Source of the DNA: an uncultured Candidatus Rokubacteria bacterium
GTDB taxonomy: Bacteria; Methylomirabilota; Methylomirabilia; Rokubacteriales; CSP1-6
Reading direction: 5' to 3'
Length of the DNA stretch: 64,000 nt
Assembly: GCA_963771355.1 (NCBI GenBank)
Contig: CAVYTA010000007.1
Span: 416,001-480,000, forward strand
In this document: positions 10,709 through 19,778 of the stretch, one piece after another
Layout of the letters: each line of letters opens with the position of its first letter
Position numbering within the stretch: position 1 is the stretch's first letter
Translations under genes and position numbers: made by a program
The notes under the pieces: generated by a model
What the model was told of the DNA's origin: nothing
What the model saw: only the letters and a program-made list of their open reading frames with translations
Database searches by the model: none

Positions 10709-10957
10709 ATGCGGATCCTGGTCCTCGCCCTTGCCGTCCTCGCCCTGGTTGCCGGCCCCGCCCTGGCCAGCCAGTGCCCCAGCCTGATCAAGCAGGTTAA
10801 TGACGCCGTCGGCACCAAGACCGACGCGGCCTCCACGAAGGCAAAGGCGCTCGCCGCCGAGGCCCAGACGCTGCACGCGGCCGGCAAGCACGCCGAGTCG
10901 GTGGCCAAGGCCGAAGAAGCGGCCAAGACGATCAATCTGACCCTCACGAAGAAGTAA
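10709..10957 (+). CDS. Small exported helical protein
   Basis: RBS GAGGAGGAG; signal peptide ALA-SQCP; Ala/Lys-rich helices with HAAGKH. Confidence 0.75.
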   Translation: MRILVLALAVLALVAGPALASQCPSLIKQVNDAVGTKTDAASTKAKALAAEAQTLHAAGKHAESVAKAEEAAKTINLTLTKK

Positions 10958-10981
10958 GCGGCGGCATCGTTCCGGATCGAC

Positions 10982-11023
10982 CCGAGCGCGGGGCGCAGGA
11001 CCGGCCCCGCGCTCGGTCTTTCT
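10982..11023 (+). terminator. Intrinsic terminator between convergent genes
   Basis: 13-bp stem ccgagcgcggggc/gccccgcgctcgg followed by tctttct. Confidence 0.7.
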
Positions 11024-11056
11024 GGAGTCCGGGTGCCTCGCCGGGAGACGGCCCCG

Positions 11057-11773
11057 CTACACGGCCAGAAGCCGATGCGTCAGCGCGGCGTCGGCGGCCA
11101 GTGCCGCCGCGCTGGCCGCGTGCACGATGCGGCCGTCGTCGATCACGTAGGCGCGCTGGGCCAGGGACAGTGCCATGGCGGAGTTCTGCTCCACCAGCAG
11201 GATGGCGATCCGCTCTTCTCGCATCTCCTCGATCACCGCCATGATGTCCTCCACGATGCGCGGGGCCAGGCCCTGCGAGGGCTCGTCGAGCAGCACCAGC
11301 CGCGGGTGCATGAGGAGGGCGCGCGCGATGGCCACCAGCTGGGCCTCGCCCCCCGAAAGATGCTCGCCGGTCCGGGCCTTGAGCCGGTCGAGGATGGGGA
11401 AGCGCTGGTACACGCGCGCCAGGGTCCACCGCTGAGTCACCATCGAGGCGGTGGCGCGATTGAGGGCCATGGCGAGGTTCCGCTCCACGGTGAGGGTGGG
11501 GAACACGCGCCGGTTGTCCGGCACCCAGGCGATGCCGCGGCGGGCGATCAGATGGGTGGGCCAGCGCGTGATGTCCTCCCCGTCGAGCGTGATGTGTCCG
11601 CTGCGCACCGGGGCCAATCCGAGAATGCTCTTGATGGTGGTCGTCTTGCCGCGCCCGTTCCGGCCCAGGAGGCACACGGTTTCCCCCGCCTCGATGGTCA
11701 AGGACACGCCGGCGAGGATCTGGGCGTCCCCGTAGAAGGTGCAGACCTCGTCGAGGGCGAGCAGCGGCGCCAT
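11057..11773 (-). CDS. livF: HAAT ABC transporter ATPase (LivF-like)
   Basis: GRNGRGKTT, LSGGEAQ, LLDEPSQGLAP, LLVEQN. Confidence 0.9.
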   Translation of the reverse strand: MAPLLALDEVCTFYGDAQILAGVSLTIEAGETVCLLGRNGRGKTTTIKSILGLAPVRSGHITLDGEDITRWPTHLIARRGIAWVPDNRRVFPTLTVERNLAMALNRATASMVTQRWTLARVYQRFPILDRLKARTGEHLSGGEAQLVAIARALLMHPRLVLLDEPSQGLAPRIVEDIMAVIEEMREERIAILLVEQNSAMALSLAQRAYVIDDGRIVHAASAAALAADAALTHRLLAV

Positions 11774-12573
11774 CAGCGAGCCCGCAGGTGCCGGAGGGTG
11801 CCCAGATAGGCTTCGCGCACCTCCGCGTTGTCGCGGACGGCTGCGGGCGGGCCCTCGGCGATCACGGTGCCGCGGTGGAGCACGGCCACGTGATGGGAGA
11901 GCGACAGGACGAAGTCCATGTCGTGCTCGATCACGACGATGGTGAGGTGCTCGGAGAGGCGCTGCACGAGGGCGCGCAGGGTCTCCATGGGGCGGCTGCC
12001 CAGGCCGCTGGTGGGCTCGTCCAGCAGCAGCAGCTCCGGCTCGCCCGCCAGGGCCACCCCGATCTCGAGCAGGCGCCGCTGGCCATAGGAGAGGAACTTC
12101 GCCGCCACGTGCTCGCGGCCGGCCAGCCCGATGAGCCGCACCGCCGCCGCCGCCTTGTCCGCCGCCGCCGTCACCTCGCCCGCGGGCGTCCACAGGTCGA
12201 AGCCGCGCCGCCGCATGGCGGGCACTGCCATGCGGATGTTCTCCAGCACCGTGTAGTCGTTGAACAGGTTGAGGATCTGGAACGAGCGGCCGATGCCGAT
12301 GCGCGCTCGCCGGTCGGGCGTGAGCCCGGTGATGTCGCGGTCGGTGAAGTGGATGCTCCCCGCGTCGGGTCGGAGGACGCCGGTGAGGAGATTGAAACAG
12401 GTGGTCTTGCCCGCGCCATTGGGCCCGATGAGGGCGGAGAGCCGCCGGCGCTGGAAGCGGAGACTCACGTCGTCCAGGACCACGTGGCCACCGAAGGCCT
12501 TGCGGAGGCCGCGCGTCTCGAGGATGGGGGCGACGGCGGTGGAAGTGCCGGCGGGGGGGACGCTGGACGTCAC
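11773..12573 (-). CDS. livG: HAAT ABC transporter ATPase (LivG-like)
   Basis: GPNGAGKTT, LSYGQRR, LLDEPTSG, IEHDM, VREAYLG. Confidence 0.9.
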   Translation of the reverse strand: MTSSVPPAGTSTAVAPILETRGLRKAFGGHVVLDDVSLRFQRRRLSALIGPNGAGKTTCFNLLTGVLRPDAGSIHFTDRDITGLTPDRRARIGIGRSFQILNLFNDYTVLENIRMAVPAMRRRGFDLWTPAGEVTAAADKAAAAVRLIGLAGREHVAAKFLSYGQRRLLEIGVALAGEPELLLLDEPTSGLGSRPMETLRALVQRLSEHLTIVVIEHDMDFVLSLSHHVAVLHRGTVIAEGPPAAVRDNAEVREAYLGTLRHLRAR

Positions 12574-13589
12574 TCCGCGCTCCGTGCCGCTTCGGCGGCG
12601 CGCGTGTCGTGGAAGCCGCTCGGACGGCGCACGCGCTGGATGAGGCCCAGGATGCCTTCGGGCATGAAGAGGATGATGCCCATGAAGAGGAGACCGTAGA
12701 GGAGCATCCAGTGATCGGTGAGGGTGGAGAAGAGGTCGCGGAGGACGAGGAACACCGCCACGCCCAGCACGGGGCCGTAGAAGGAGGCGAAGCCCCCGCC
12801 GATCAGGCACATCAGCACCACGTTGCCCGACTGCTGCAGGCTCATGGGCTCGGCGAAGGCGCCGAAGCGCGCCAGCGTGTAGAGTCCCCCCGCCAGCCCG
12901 GCGAAGGCGGTCGACAGCGTGAACACCGCCCACTTGTAGCGCGGGGTGTCGTAGCCGAGCGCCCGCGCGCGCGACTCGCTCTGCTTGACGGCGCCGATCA
13001 CCTGGCCGAAGGGCGAGTGGACGATCCGCCAGAGGACGATCGTCGCCAGCACGAAGAAGACGTAGACGAAGTAGTAAAAGGGGAGATTGTCCCGCAGGGA
13101 GAGCGCGCCCCAGATCGGCAGGACCACCGGTCCCCGCTGGATGCCGGTGAGGCCATCCTCGCCGCCGGTCCAGGTGTCGAGGAAGAACACCATGAACCAG
13201 AACATGACCCCGAAGGCGATGGTGAGCAGCGAGAAGTAGATGCCGCGCCGCCGCGCGACGAAGAGCCCCACCAGCGCGCCGCAGAGGACCGTGCCCACGA
13301 TGCCGGCGACGAGCGGCGCCCACAGCCCCCCCACCAGCCACTTCTGCGTGGCCCCCAGGAAATAGCCCGCCATGCCGAAGAAGGCGCCGTGACCGAAGGC
13401 GGGGAGGCCCGTGTAGCCGAGGAGGAGGTTGTAGCCGAGCGCGAAGATCGCCCAGATCATCACCTCGGTGCCCAGATAGGTATAGCCGCCGATCCACGGC
13501 AGCAGCGCGGGCAGGACGGCGAAGAGCGCGAAGAGCCCCAGCATGGGCGGGGGCGCCCAGGATGCCAGGCGGGCGCGGGCGCCGGCCAT
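12570..13589 (-). CDS. livM: HAAT ABC permease (LivM-like)
   Basis: NLLLGYTGLPAFGHGAFFG, GIYFSLLTIAF, TGGEDG. Confidence 0.9.
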   Translation of the reverse strand: MAGARARLASWAPPPMLGLFALFAVLPALLPWIGGYTYLGTEVMIWAIFALGYNLLLGYTGLPAFGHGAFFGMAGYFLGATQKWLVGGLWAPLVAGIVGTVLCGALVGLFVARRRGIYFSLLTIAFGVMFWFMVFFLDTWTGGEDGLTGIQRGPVVLPIWGALSLRDNLPFYYFVYVFFVLATIVLWRIVHSPFGQVIGAVKQSESRARALGYDTPRYKWAVFTLSTAFAGLAGGLYTLARFGAFAEPMSLQQSGNVVLMCLIGGGFASFYGPVLGVAVFLVLRDLFSTLTDHWMLLYGLLFMGIILFMPEGILGLIQRVRRPSGFHDTRAAEAARSAE

Positions 13590-14806
13590 CAGCGCGTGTA
13601 CCGGCGGGCATACTGCGCGACGCAGGCCGCCTCGAGCGTGGCGGCGTCCTCGAGCCGCCCGCGGAAGCGCTCCACGCCCAGCGGCGCCAGATCCGGATCG
13701 CTGCGGCCGTCCACCACCAGGTCGGCGAGCGCGCGGCCCGCGGCCGGCGAGAGTCCGAGCCCGCCCACGCAGCACCCCGACGCCACGAAAAAGCCCTCGA
13801 GCCCGGCCACCGGCCCGAGCAGGGGCCGGCCGTCCGCGGTCATGGTGGGCAGCCCGCCCCGGTGAATGGCGATGCGCGCGGAGGCGAGCGCGGGGAAGTG
13901 CTCGGCGACCTCGTCCACCAGGGCGCGCAGCACGCCGAGATCGAGCGCGAGCTCGGCGATCTGGAAGGTGGGCGGCAGGGTGGCGGCGTCCACGACCCGG
14001 GGCGCATCCTCGTAACCCCCGAAGAGCAGGCCGCCCTGCTCGTGGCGGACGTAGACGCTGGCTTCGACGAGTCGCACGATGGGCTGCTGCGGCTCCACCC
14101 CCGCGATGGGCTCGGTGACGAAGAGCTGATGGCGCACCGGGACCAGCGGGATCCGCAGGCCCGCCTCCGCGGCCACGCGCGACGCCCAGGCGCCCGCCGC
14201 GTCCACCACCACCGGCGCACGAATGGCGCCACGCGGCGTCGTCACCCCCGCCACTCGCCCGCCTTCGCGCAGCAGGCTCTCCACGCGCGTGAAGGGCATC
14301 AGGCGCGCCCCCAGCTCGGCCGCGCGCGCGGCGAAGCCCACCGCCAGACGCGCGGGGTCGAGCCAGCCGTCGCCGGGCACGTGCAGGATGCTCCGGGCGG
14401 CACCGGCGCAGAAATGCGGCGCCAGGCGCTCGGCGTCGGTCGGGTCGATCAAGGTGGCCGCGATGCCGAGCCCCTGGGCGGTGGCCAGGCTCTCGCGTAC
14501 GCGCGCCTCCCCGGCGTCGGTATAGGCGGCGCGGAGGCTCCCCGACTGGTGAAAGCCGATCGAGCGGCCCATCTCCCGCTCGAAGGCGGCGAACGCGTCG
14601 CAGGCTTCCCGGCGAAGACGTGCCAGCACGGGCACGCGATCGGCCTGGCTGGTGAGGCCGGCCGCCCGCGGCGAGGTCTGCGAGCCCAGCGCGTGCTGAT
14701 CCACCAGGACGGGCTTCATCCCGCGCCGGGCCAGGTGATAGGCGGTGCTGGACCCGAAGGCGCCCGAGCCGATGACGATGGCGTCCGCGGAAGCGGTGTC
14801 CGGCAC
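13589..14806 (-). CDS. FAD-dependent amine/amino-acid oxidoreductase (DAO/sarcosine oxidase beta-like)
   Basis: VIGSGAFG dinucleotide fold, TSPRAAG, DAAGAW, TADGRPLLG. Confidence 0.88.
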   Translation of the reverse strand: MPDTASADAIVIGSGAFGSSTAYHLARRGMKPVLVDQHALGSQTSPRAAGLTSQADRVPVLARLRREACDAFAAFEREMGRSIGFHQSGSLRAAYTDAGEARVRESLATAQGLGIAATLIDPTDAERLAPHFCAGAARSILHVPGDGWLDPARLAVGFAARAAELGARLMPFTRVESLLREGGRVAGVTTPRGAIRAPVVVDAAGAWASRVAAEAGLRIPLVPVRHQLFVTEPIAGVEPQQPIVRLVEASVYVRHEQGGLLFGGYEDAPRVVDAATLPPTFQIAELALDLGVLRALVDEVAEHFPALASARIAIHRGGLPTMTADGRPLLGPVAGLEGFFVASGCCVGGLGLSPAAGRALADLVVDGRSDPDLAPLGVERFRGRLEDAATLEAACVAQYARRYTR

Positions 14807-14808
14807 GC

Positions 14809-15684
14809 TCAGAGCTCCAGCATGCTCTTCTGCCCCGCCAGCCCGCGCGGGCGGAGAAGCAGGATGGCGGTCATGAGGAGGTACATGACCATGATGGAGC
14901 CGCGCGGGATGACGAGGTTCGAGAGCCCGCTGACGAGGCCGACCAGGAGGCCGCCCACCACCGCGCCCCAGAAGGAGCCGATGCCGCCGATCACCACCAC
15001 GATGAAGGCCGGCATCACCGCCTCCGCGCCGATGGTGGGCTTGAGGCTCCACATGGGCGCGGCCACCACGCCGGCCACCCCGGCCAGTGCGGTGCCGAGC
15101 GCGAAGACCAGATTGCGCATGCGGGTGAGGTTGATGCCCAGCGCGCGGACCATCTCGCCGTCGTGCGCGCCCGCCTTGATGATGGCGCCGTAGGGGGTCT
15201 TCTCGATGAACCACCACACCAGGGCCAGCAGCGTCACGGCCACCACCGCCACCAGCACGCGGTACTTGGAATAGTAGAGGAAGCCCAGGTGAAACGGTCC
15301 CGCCGCGAAGGCGGGGGCGGAGACGGTGTAGCCGCGCGGTCCCCAGACGATGCGAATGACCTCTTCCAGGGCGAGCGCAGCACCGAAGGTGAAGAGCAGG
15401 CCGAAGAGGGGATCCCGTCCATAGGTGCGGCGCACGCCGAGCTCGAGCACGAGCCCCACCAGCCCCACCAGCAGGGGCGCCAGGACGAGCGCGCCCAGCC
15501 AGCCCACCCACGGGCTCAACGCGAGGGCGAAGTAGCCGCCCAGCGCGAAGAGCACGCCGTGGCTGAAGTTGATGATCTCCATGGTGCCGAGGATGAGCAT
15601 GAAGCCCAGCGCGATCACCGCGTAGAGGAGTCCGAGGACGACTCCGTTCAGCAGGTGCGTCGCCACCTCGGCCAGATCGGGCAC
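14809..15684 (-). CDS. livH: HAAT ABC permease (LivH-like)
   Basis: GLLYAVIALGF, IINFSHG, VVVIGGIGSFWG. Confidence 0.9.
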   Translation of the reverse strand: MPDLAEVATHLLNGVVLGLLYAVIALGFMLILGTMEIINFSHGVLFALGGYFALALSPWVGWLGALVLAPLLVGLVGLVLELGVRRTYGRDPLFGLLFTFGAALALEEVIRIVWGPRGYTVSAPAFAAGPFHLGFLYYSKYRVLVAVVAVTLLALVWWFIEKTPYGAIIKAGAHDGEMVRALGINLTRMRNLVFALGTALAGVAGVVAAPMWSLKPTIGAEAVMPAFIVVVIGGIGSFWGAVVGGLLVGLVSGLSNLVIPRGSIMVMYLLMTAILLLRPRGLAGQKSMLEL

Positions 15685-15748
15685 GTCAGGGCGCCGCCGC
15701 GGGCGCGAGGAGCGAGGAAGGCGGCTGAATGGATGAAGATCCAAAGAT

Positions 15749-15823
15749 GCCGGAGGGGGGCGGGGGCGCGCTCGCGGCGAATGCTGTACTGAGCAAGCGA
15801 GTGCGCCCCCGCCCCCCTCCGGC
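15749..15823. repeat. REP-like hairpin copy 1 (27-bp stem, 21-nt loop)
   Basis: gccggaggggggcgggggcgcgctcgc / loop ggcgaatgctgtactgagcaa / complementary arm with one wobble. Confidence 0.8.
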
Positions 15824-15835
15824 CACCATATGGGT

Positions 15836-17131
15836 CTATCCTCCGTAGACGGGAGTATCCGCGATCGACTGCATCTTGCACTTGGACTGCGCCTGCGGCG
15901 GCGCCGCCTGCTCGGGCGCGATGTCCGCGATCATCTCGATCATGTCCCACTTCTCCTTCATCTGGTCCTCGCGCTTGGTGCGGGCGAGCGAGATCATCTG
16001 GCCCACCAGGTGGTCCCAGGGCCGGATGGTGGACGGGTGCTTGCGGAAGTTGTCGCGGATCACATGGCCCTCGAGCGCCTTGATCACCTCGTGGTTCCGA
16101 GTGGTGCCCGCCCGCTCGATGGCGCGCAGCATCTCGCGCATGGCGAGGTAGCCGTTGGAGGAGACGTTGTCGGGCACCGGGATGGGCGCCGACGCCCAGC
16201 GCTTGCGGAAGCGGTCCACGAACTCCTTGGAGCCGGGGCCGTCGACGGTGTAGTGCCAGGTGGTGCAGAAGTGGCCGAAGGCCTTCTTGGGGCCCAGCGC
16301 CACCAGGTCCGGGAAGTCCTGCTGCGGGAACACCCAGTGCGCGTCCTTGTCGGCGCCGAACTCGTAGGCCTGCTCGCGGAGGGCGGTCTGCTCGATTCCC
16401 GCCACGTTGGCCATGACCACCTGCGGCTTGGCATTCCGGATGCGCAGGAGCTGGGCGGAGAAATCGCGCGTGCCCTGGGGGATGAGGAGCTCGCCCAGCT
16501 CCTCCGCCCCCACCTTCTTCATGCTCTCGCGGGAGGCCGCGGTCGCGTTCTTGCCCCACACGTAGTCATGGGTGAGGAGGAACCACCGGGTGCCGAGGTT
16601 CTTGACCACCAGCGGTCCCAGCGCATTGGCGAACATCCAGTTGTTGGCGTCCCAGACGAAGTTGGTGCGCTGGCACTTCTCGTTGGTCACGGTGTCGGCG
16701 CTGGAGTTGCTGTTGAAGTAGATGATTCCGTAGCGCTGGGCGAGGTCACTCAGCGGCGCCGCCACGCCGCTGCTCAGCGCGCCGATCATGAAGTCGATAC
16801 GGTCCCGCTCGATGAGGCGCTGGGCCTTGCGCACCGCCACCGAGGCGTCGGTCTCGGTGTCCTCCCACCTGTACTCGATGGGCCGCCCCAGCACGCCGCC
16901 CCGGGCGTTCTGCTCCTCGATGGCGAGGATCATGCCGCGGCGGTCGGCCTGGCCGCTGTCCGCGAAGGTGCCGGTGGCGTCGCAGGTCAGCCCGATCAGG
17001 ATCGCTTTCTTGCCTTGCGCGCGCGCCCGGCGCCAGGGGCCGATGAAGCCCACGCCGGCGCCGAGGGCCGCCGCGCCCTTGAGGATGTTCCGCCGCGTGA
17101 TCCGGGTGCCGTCTCCGAGGTGTCGCTCCAT
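15836..17131 (-). CDS. HAAT/LivK-family substrate-binding protein, Tat-exported
   Basis: TRRNILKG Tat motif; NARGGVLGRPIE; DYVWG; GTRDFSAQL. Confidence 0.9.
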   Translation of the reverse strand: MERHLGDGTRITRRNILKGAAALGAGVGFIGPWRRARAQGKKAILIGLTCDATGTFADSGQADRRGMILAIEEQNARGGVLGRPIEYRWEDTETDASVAVRKAQRLIERDRIDFMIGALSSGVAAPLSDLAQRYGIIYFNSNSSADTVTNEKCQRTNFVWDANNWMFANALGPLVVKNLGTRWFLLTHDYVWGKNATAASRESMKKVGAEELGELLIPQGTRDFSAQLLRIRNAKPQVVMANVAGIEQTALREQAYEFGADKDAHWVFPQQDFPDLVALGPKKAFGHFCTTWHYTVDGPGSKEFVDRFRKRWASAPIPVPDNVSSNGYLAMREMLRAIERAGTTRNHEVIKALEGHVIRDNFRKHPSTIRPWDHLVGQMISLARTKREDQMKEKWDMIEMIADIAPEQAAPPQAQSKCKMQSIADTPVYGG

Positions 17132-17156
17132 CGCGTGCCTCCTGGGTTGGGGTGGG

Positions 17157-17894
17157 TCAGGTGGTCTCGGCGAGGCGTCCCATCGCCTGCATCCGGTGGT
17201 GCTCGATGGCGCGCGCGGCGCGGTCGGCGTCGCCGTCCTCCAGCGCGCGCAGGATCTGTTCGTGCTCGGCCAGCGACTCGCGGGCGAACCCGCCCCGCCG
17301 GGCGTGCATGATGACGCGGTAGTACTCGCCGCGGTCCCAGACGTTCTGCAGCGTCTGGACCACCTGGCGGAGACCCGATGCCTCCCAGAGGAGGCGGTGG
17401 AACTGGCTGTCCGCCGCCACCGCGCGGGCGGCGTCCCCGGCGGCCCGCCCCGCCGCCATCTCCTTCTGGAGCGCGCGGAGCCGGGTCAGCAGGGCGGGCG
17501 AGATGCGCGTCCGCGCTTCGCGCACGCACAGGGCTTCCAGGGCCGCCATCATGAGGAAGCGCTCGCGGAACTCGTCGGCGGACAGCCCCGTGACCACCAC
17601 GTCCTTGTGGGGCGTGATGCGGACGAAGCCATCGCTCTCGAGCCGCCGCAGCGCCTGCATCACCGGAATGCGGCTCACCCCGGCGGCGACGGCGATGGCG
17701 TTGGCCACGATGCGCTCACCCGGGGCGAGGCGGCCCTCCATGATGGCCTTGCGGATGTCGCGATAGGCCAGCCCCTCGAGCGTCTCGTGCCGCGCAAGGG
17801 AGGGGAGGAGCGTGGGCGGCGCGGCGCTCGTCATCACCGTGCGGGCGGGGCGGGGCTTCGCGTGCGCGGCCTTGCGCGGCGCGCGGGTTTTCAC
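17157..17894 (-). CDS. GntR-family (FCD) transcriptional regulator
   Basis: GRLAPGERI, GVSRIPVMQALRRLESDG, DSQFH, EHEQILRAL; start uncertain. Confidence 0.9.
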   Translation of the reverse strand: MKTRAPRKAAHAKPRPARTVMTSAAPPTLLPSLARHETLEGLAYRDIRKAIMEGRLAPGERIVANAIAVAAGVSRIPVMQALRRLESDGFVRITPHKDVVVTGLSADEFRERFLMMAALEALCVREARTRISPALLTRLRALQKEMAAGRAAGDAARAVAADSQFHRLLWEASGLRQVVQTLQNVWDRGEYYRVIMHARRGGFARESLAEHEQILRALEDGDADRAARAIEHHRMQAMGRLAETT

Positions 17895-19645
17895 GCGAGC
17901 CGGAAGCCCCGCGCGGTCTCGGCGTCCTGCACGGGTCGGCAGCCCCGGAGGAAGTCGAAATCGACGCCCTCATCGGCCTGAAGCACGTGGTCGAGGAAGA
18001 GGCGGAGATAGCCGCCGGTGACGCCGTCCGGCCGCGGCCGCCACGCCGCCTTGCGCTGCGCCAGGTCCGCCTCGGGTACGAGGAGCGACAGACGGCGGTG
18101 CGGGACGTCCAGCTCGATCTCGTCGCCGTCGCGCACCAGGGCCAGCGGGCCGCCCACCGCGGATTCCGGCGCCACGTGGAGGATGACGGTGCCGTAGGAG
18201 GTGCCGCTCATCCGCGCGTCCGAGATCCGCACCATGTCCTTGACGCCGGCCTTGAGCAGGCGCGCCGGGATGGGAGCGGCGCCTGCCTCCGGCATGCCGG
18301 GACCGCCCTTGGGCCCCGACTGCTTGAGCACGAGCACGCTCGTCTCGTCGATGACGAGGTTCGGATCGTCGATGCGTCGCTCGAGATCCAGCGCGTCCTC
18401 GAACACCACCGCGCGGCCGCGATGGGTGAGGAGATGCGCGGAGGCGGCGGACTGCTTGAGGACCGCGCCGCCCGGACAGAGATTGCCGGTGAGGATGACG
18501 GTGCCGCCCTCGGGCGCGAGCGGCATCCCGAGCGGCCGGATCACGTCGGGGTTGTGGCAGACCGCGTCACGGACATTGTCGCCCAGCGTGCGCCCGTTCA
18601 CGCCTCGCGCGCGATCGTGCAGCAGCGGGAGGAGCTCCTTGAGCACCGCCGGGAGCCCGCCCGCATAGTAGAAGTCCTCCATCAGGTACTTGCCGGACGG
18701 GCGCACGTTGACGAGGAGCGGCGTCGAGCGAGACAGGTCGTCGAAGCGCTGGAGCGGCAGGGAAACCCCCACGCGTCCGGCCAGCGCCACCAGGTGCACG
18801 ATGGCGTTGGTGGAGCCGCCGACGGCCATGTCGGTGCGGATGGCGTTATCGAAGGCGGCCGCGGTGAGGATCTCGGAGGGCTTGGGGCCGCGGGCCCGCG
18901 CCATCTCCACCGCGAGCCGGCCGCTCTCCTCGGCCAGGACCAGGCGCCGCGAGTCGGCGGCGGGGATGGCGGCGTTGCCGGGCAGCGCCATGCCGAGCGT
19001 CTCCGCCATCGCCGCCATGGTGGAGGCCGTCCCCATGACCATGCAGTGGCCCGCGGAGCGCGAGAGGCAGCCTTCCACCTCGGCCATGGTCTCGTCCGTG
19101 ATCTCGCCCGCGCGCCGCTGCGCCCAGATCTTCCGCGCGTCGGTGCCGGAGCCGAGCGTCTGGCCGCCCCACATGCCGCGCAGCATGGGCCCGCCCGTCA
19201 CCATGATGGCGGGCACGTCGGCGGAGGCGGCTCCCATGAGCATGGCCGGCGTGGTCTTGTCACAGCCGGCCAGCAGCACGACGGCGTCGAGCGGATAGGC
19301 GCGGATGCACTCCTCCACGTCCATGGCCATGAGGTTGCGGAAGAGCATGGTGGTGGGCTTCATCAGGATCTCGCCCAGCGAGATCACCGGGAACTCGAGC
19401 GGGAAGCCGCCCGCGCTCCAGACGCCGCGCTTCACCGCCTCCGCCACCTGGCGGAGGTGGGCGTTGCAGTTGTTCAGCTCCGACCACGAGTTGCAGATGC
19501 CCACCACCGGGCGGCCGTCGAAGACGGCGTCCGAGAAGCCCTCCGCCTTGAGATACGAGCGGTGCATGAAGCCGTCGAGGTTCTTCGGCGCGAACCAGTT
19601 GCGGCTGCGGAGGGGGGGCGTGGCGGCGGGCGGGGTCGGCGGCAT
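17891..19645 (-). CDS. IlvD/Edd family dehydratase (L-arabinonate dehydratase-like)
   Basis: WSELNNCN, GCDKTTP, GHCMVMGTASTM, GGSTN, SDARMSGT. Confidence 0.92.
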   Translation of the reverse strand: MPPTPPAATPPLRSRNWFAPKNLDGFMHRSYLKAEGFSDAVFDGRPVVGICNSWSELNNCNAHLRQVAEAVKRGVWSAGGFPLEFPVISLGEILMKPTTMLFRNLMAMDVEECIRAYPLDAVVLLAGCDKTTPAMLMGAASADVPAIMVTGGPMLRGMWGGQTLGSGTDARKIWAQRRAGEITDETMAEVEGCLSRSAGHCMVMGTASTMAAMAETLGMALPGNAAIPAADSRRLVLAEESGRLAVEMARARGPKPSEILTAAAFDNAIRTDMAVGGSTNAIVHLVALAGRVGVSLPLQRFDDLSRSTPLLVNVRPSGKYLMEDFYYAGGLPAVLKELLPLLHDRARGVNGRTLGDNVRDAVCHNPDVIRPLGMPLAPEGGTVILTGNLCPGGAVLKQSAASAHLLTHRGRAVVFEDALDLERRIDDPNLVIDETSVLVLKQSGPKGGPGMPEAGAAPIPARLLKAGVKDMVRISDARMSGTSYGTVILHVAPESAVGGPLALVRDGDEIELDVPHRRLSLLVPEADLAQRKAAWRPRPDGVTGGYLRLFLDHVLQADEGVDFDFLRGCRPVQDAETARGFRLA

Positions 19646-19652
19646 GACGGGG

Positions 19653-19664
19653 ATTGTATACAAT
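19653..19664. promoter_or_regulatory. Palindrome ATTGTATACAAT, candidate GntR operator overlapping a TACAAT -10 box
   Basis: Perfect 12-bp AT-rich palindrome 7 nt before the ATG of an operon encoding a GntR regulator. Confidence 0.7.
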
Positions 19665-19687
19665 ATACGACCGGGGTCTTGTCAAGG

Positions 19688-19772
19688 GGCCAGAGCGCAG
19701 CCGGGGGCGCGGCGCTCGCTTGCTCAGTACAGCATTCGCCGCGAACGCCGCGCCCCCGGCTGCGCTCTGGCC
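19688..19772. repeat. REP-like hairpin copy 2 (32-bp stem, same 21-nt loop, inverted)
   Basis: Loop ttgctcagtacagcattcgcc is the exact reverse complement of the copy 1 loop. Confidence 0.8.
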
Positions 19773-19778
19773 GCCAGC

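Noticed and set aside
19680..19685. TTGACA -35 box (minus strand) for the dehydratase promoter
   Set aside because: Spacing to the TACAAT -10 box is 21 bp, too long to pair confidently.
15749..19772. CRISPR array or composite transposon ends
   Set aside because: Only two copies 3.9 kb apart, no spacers, cas genes, transposase or evident target duplication.
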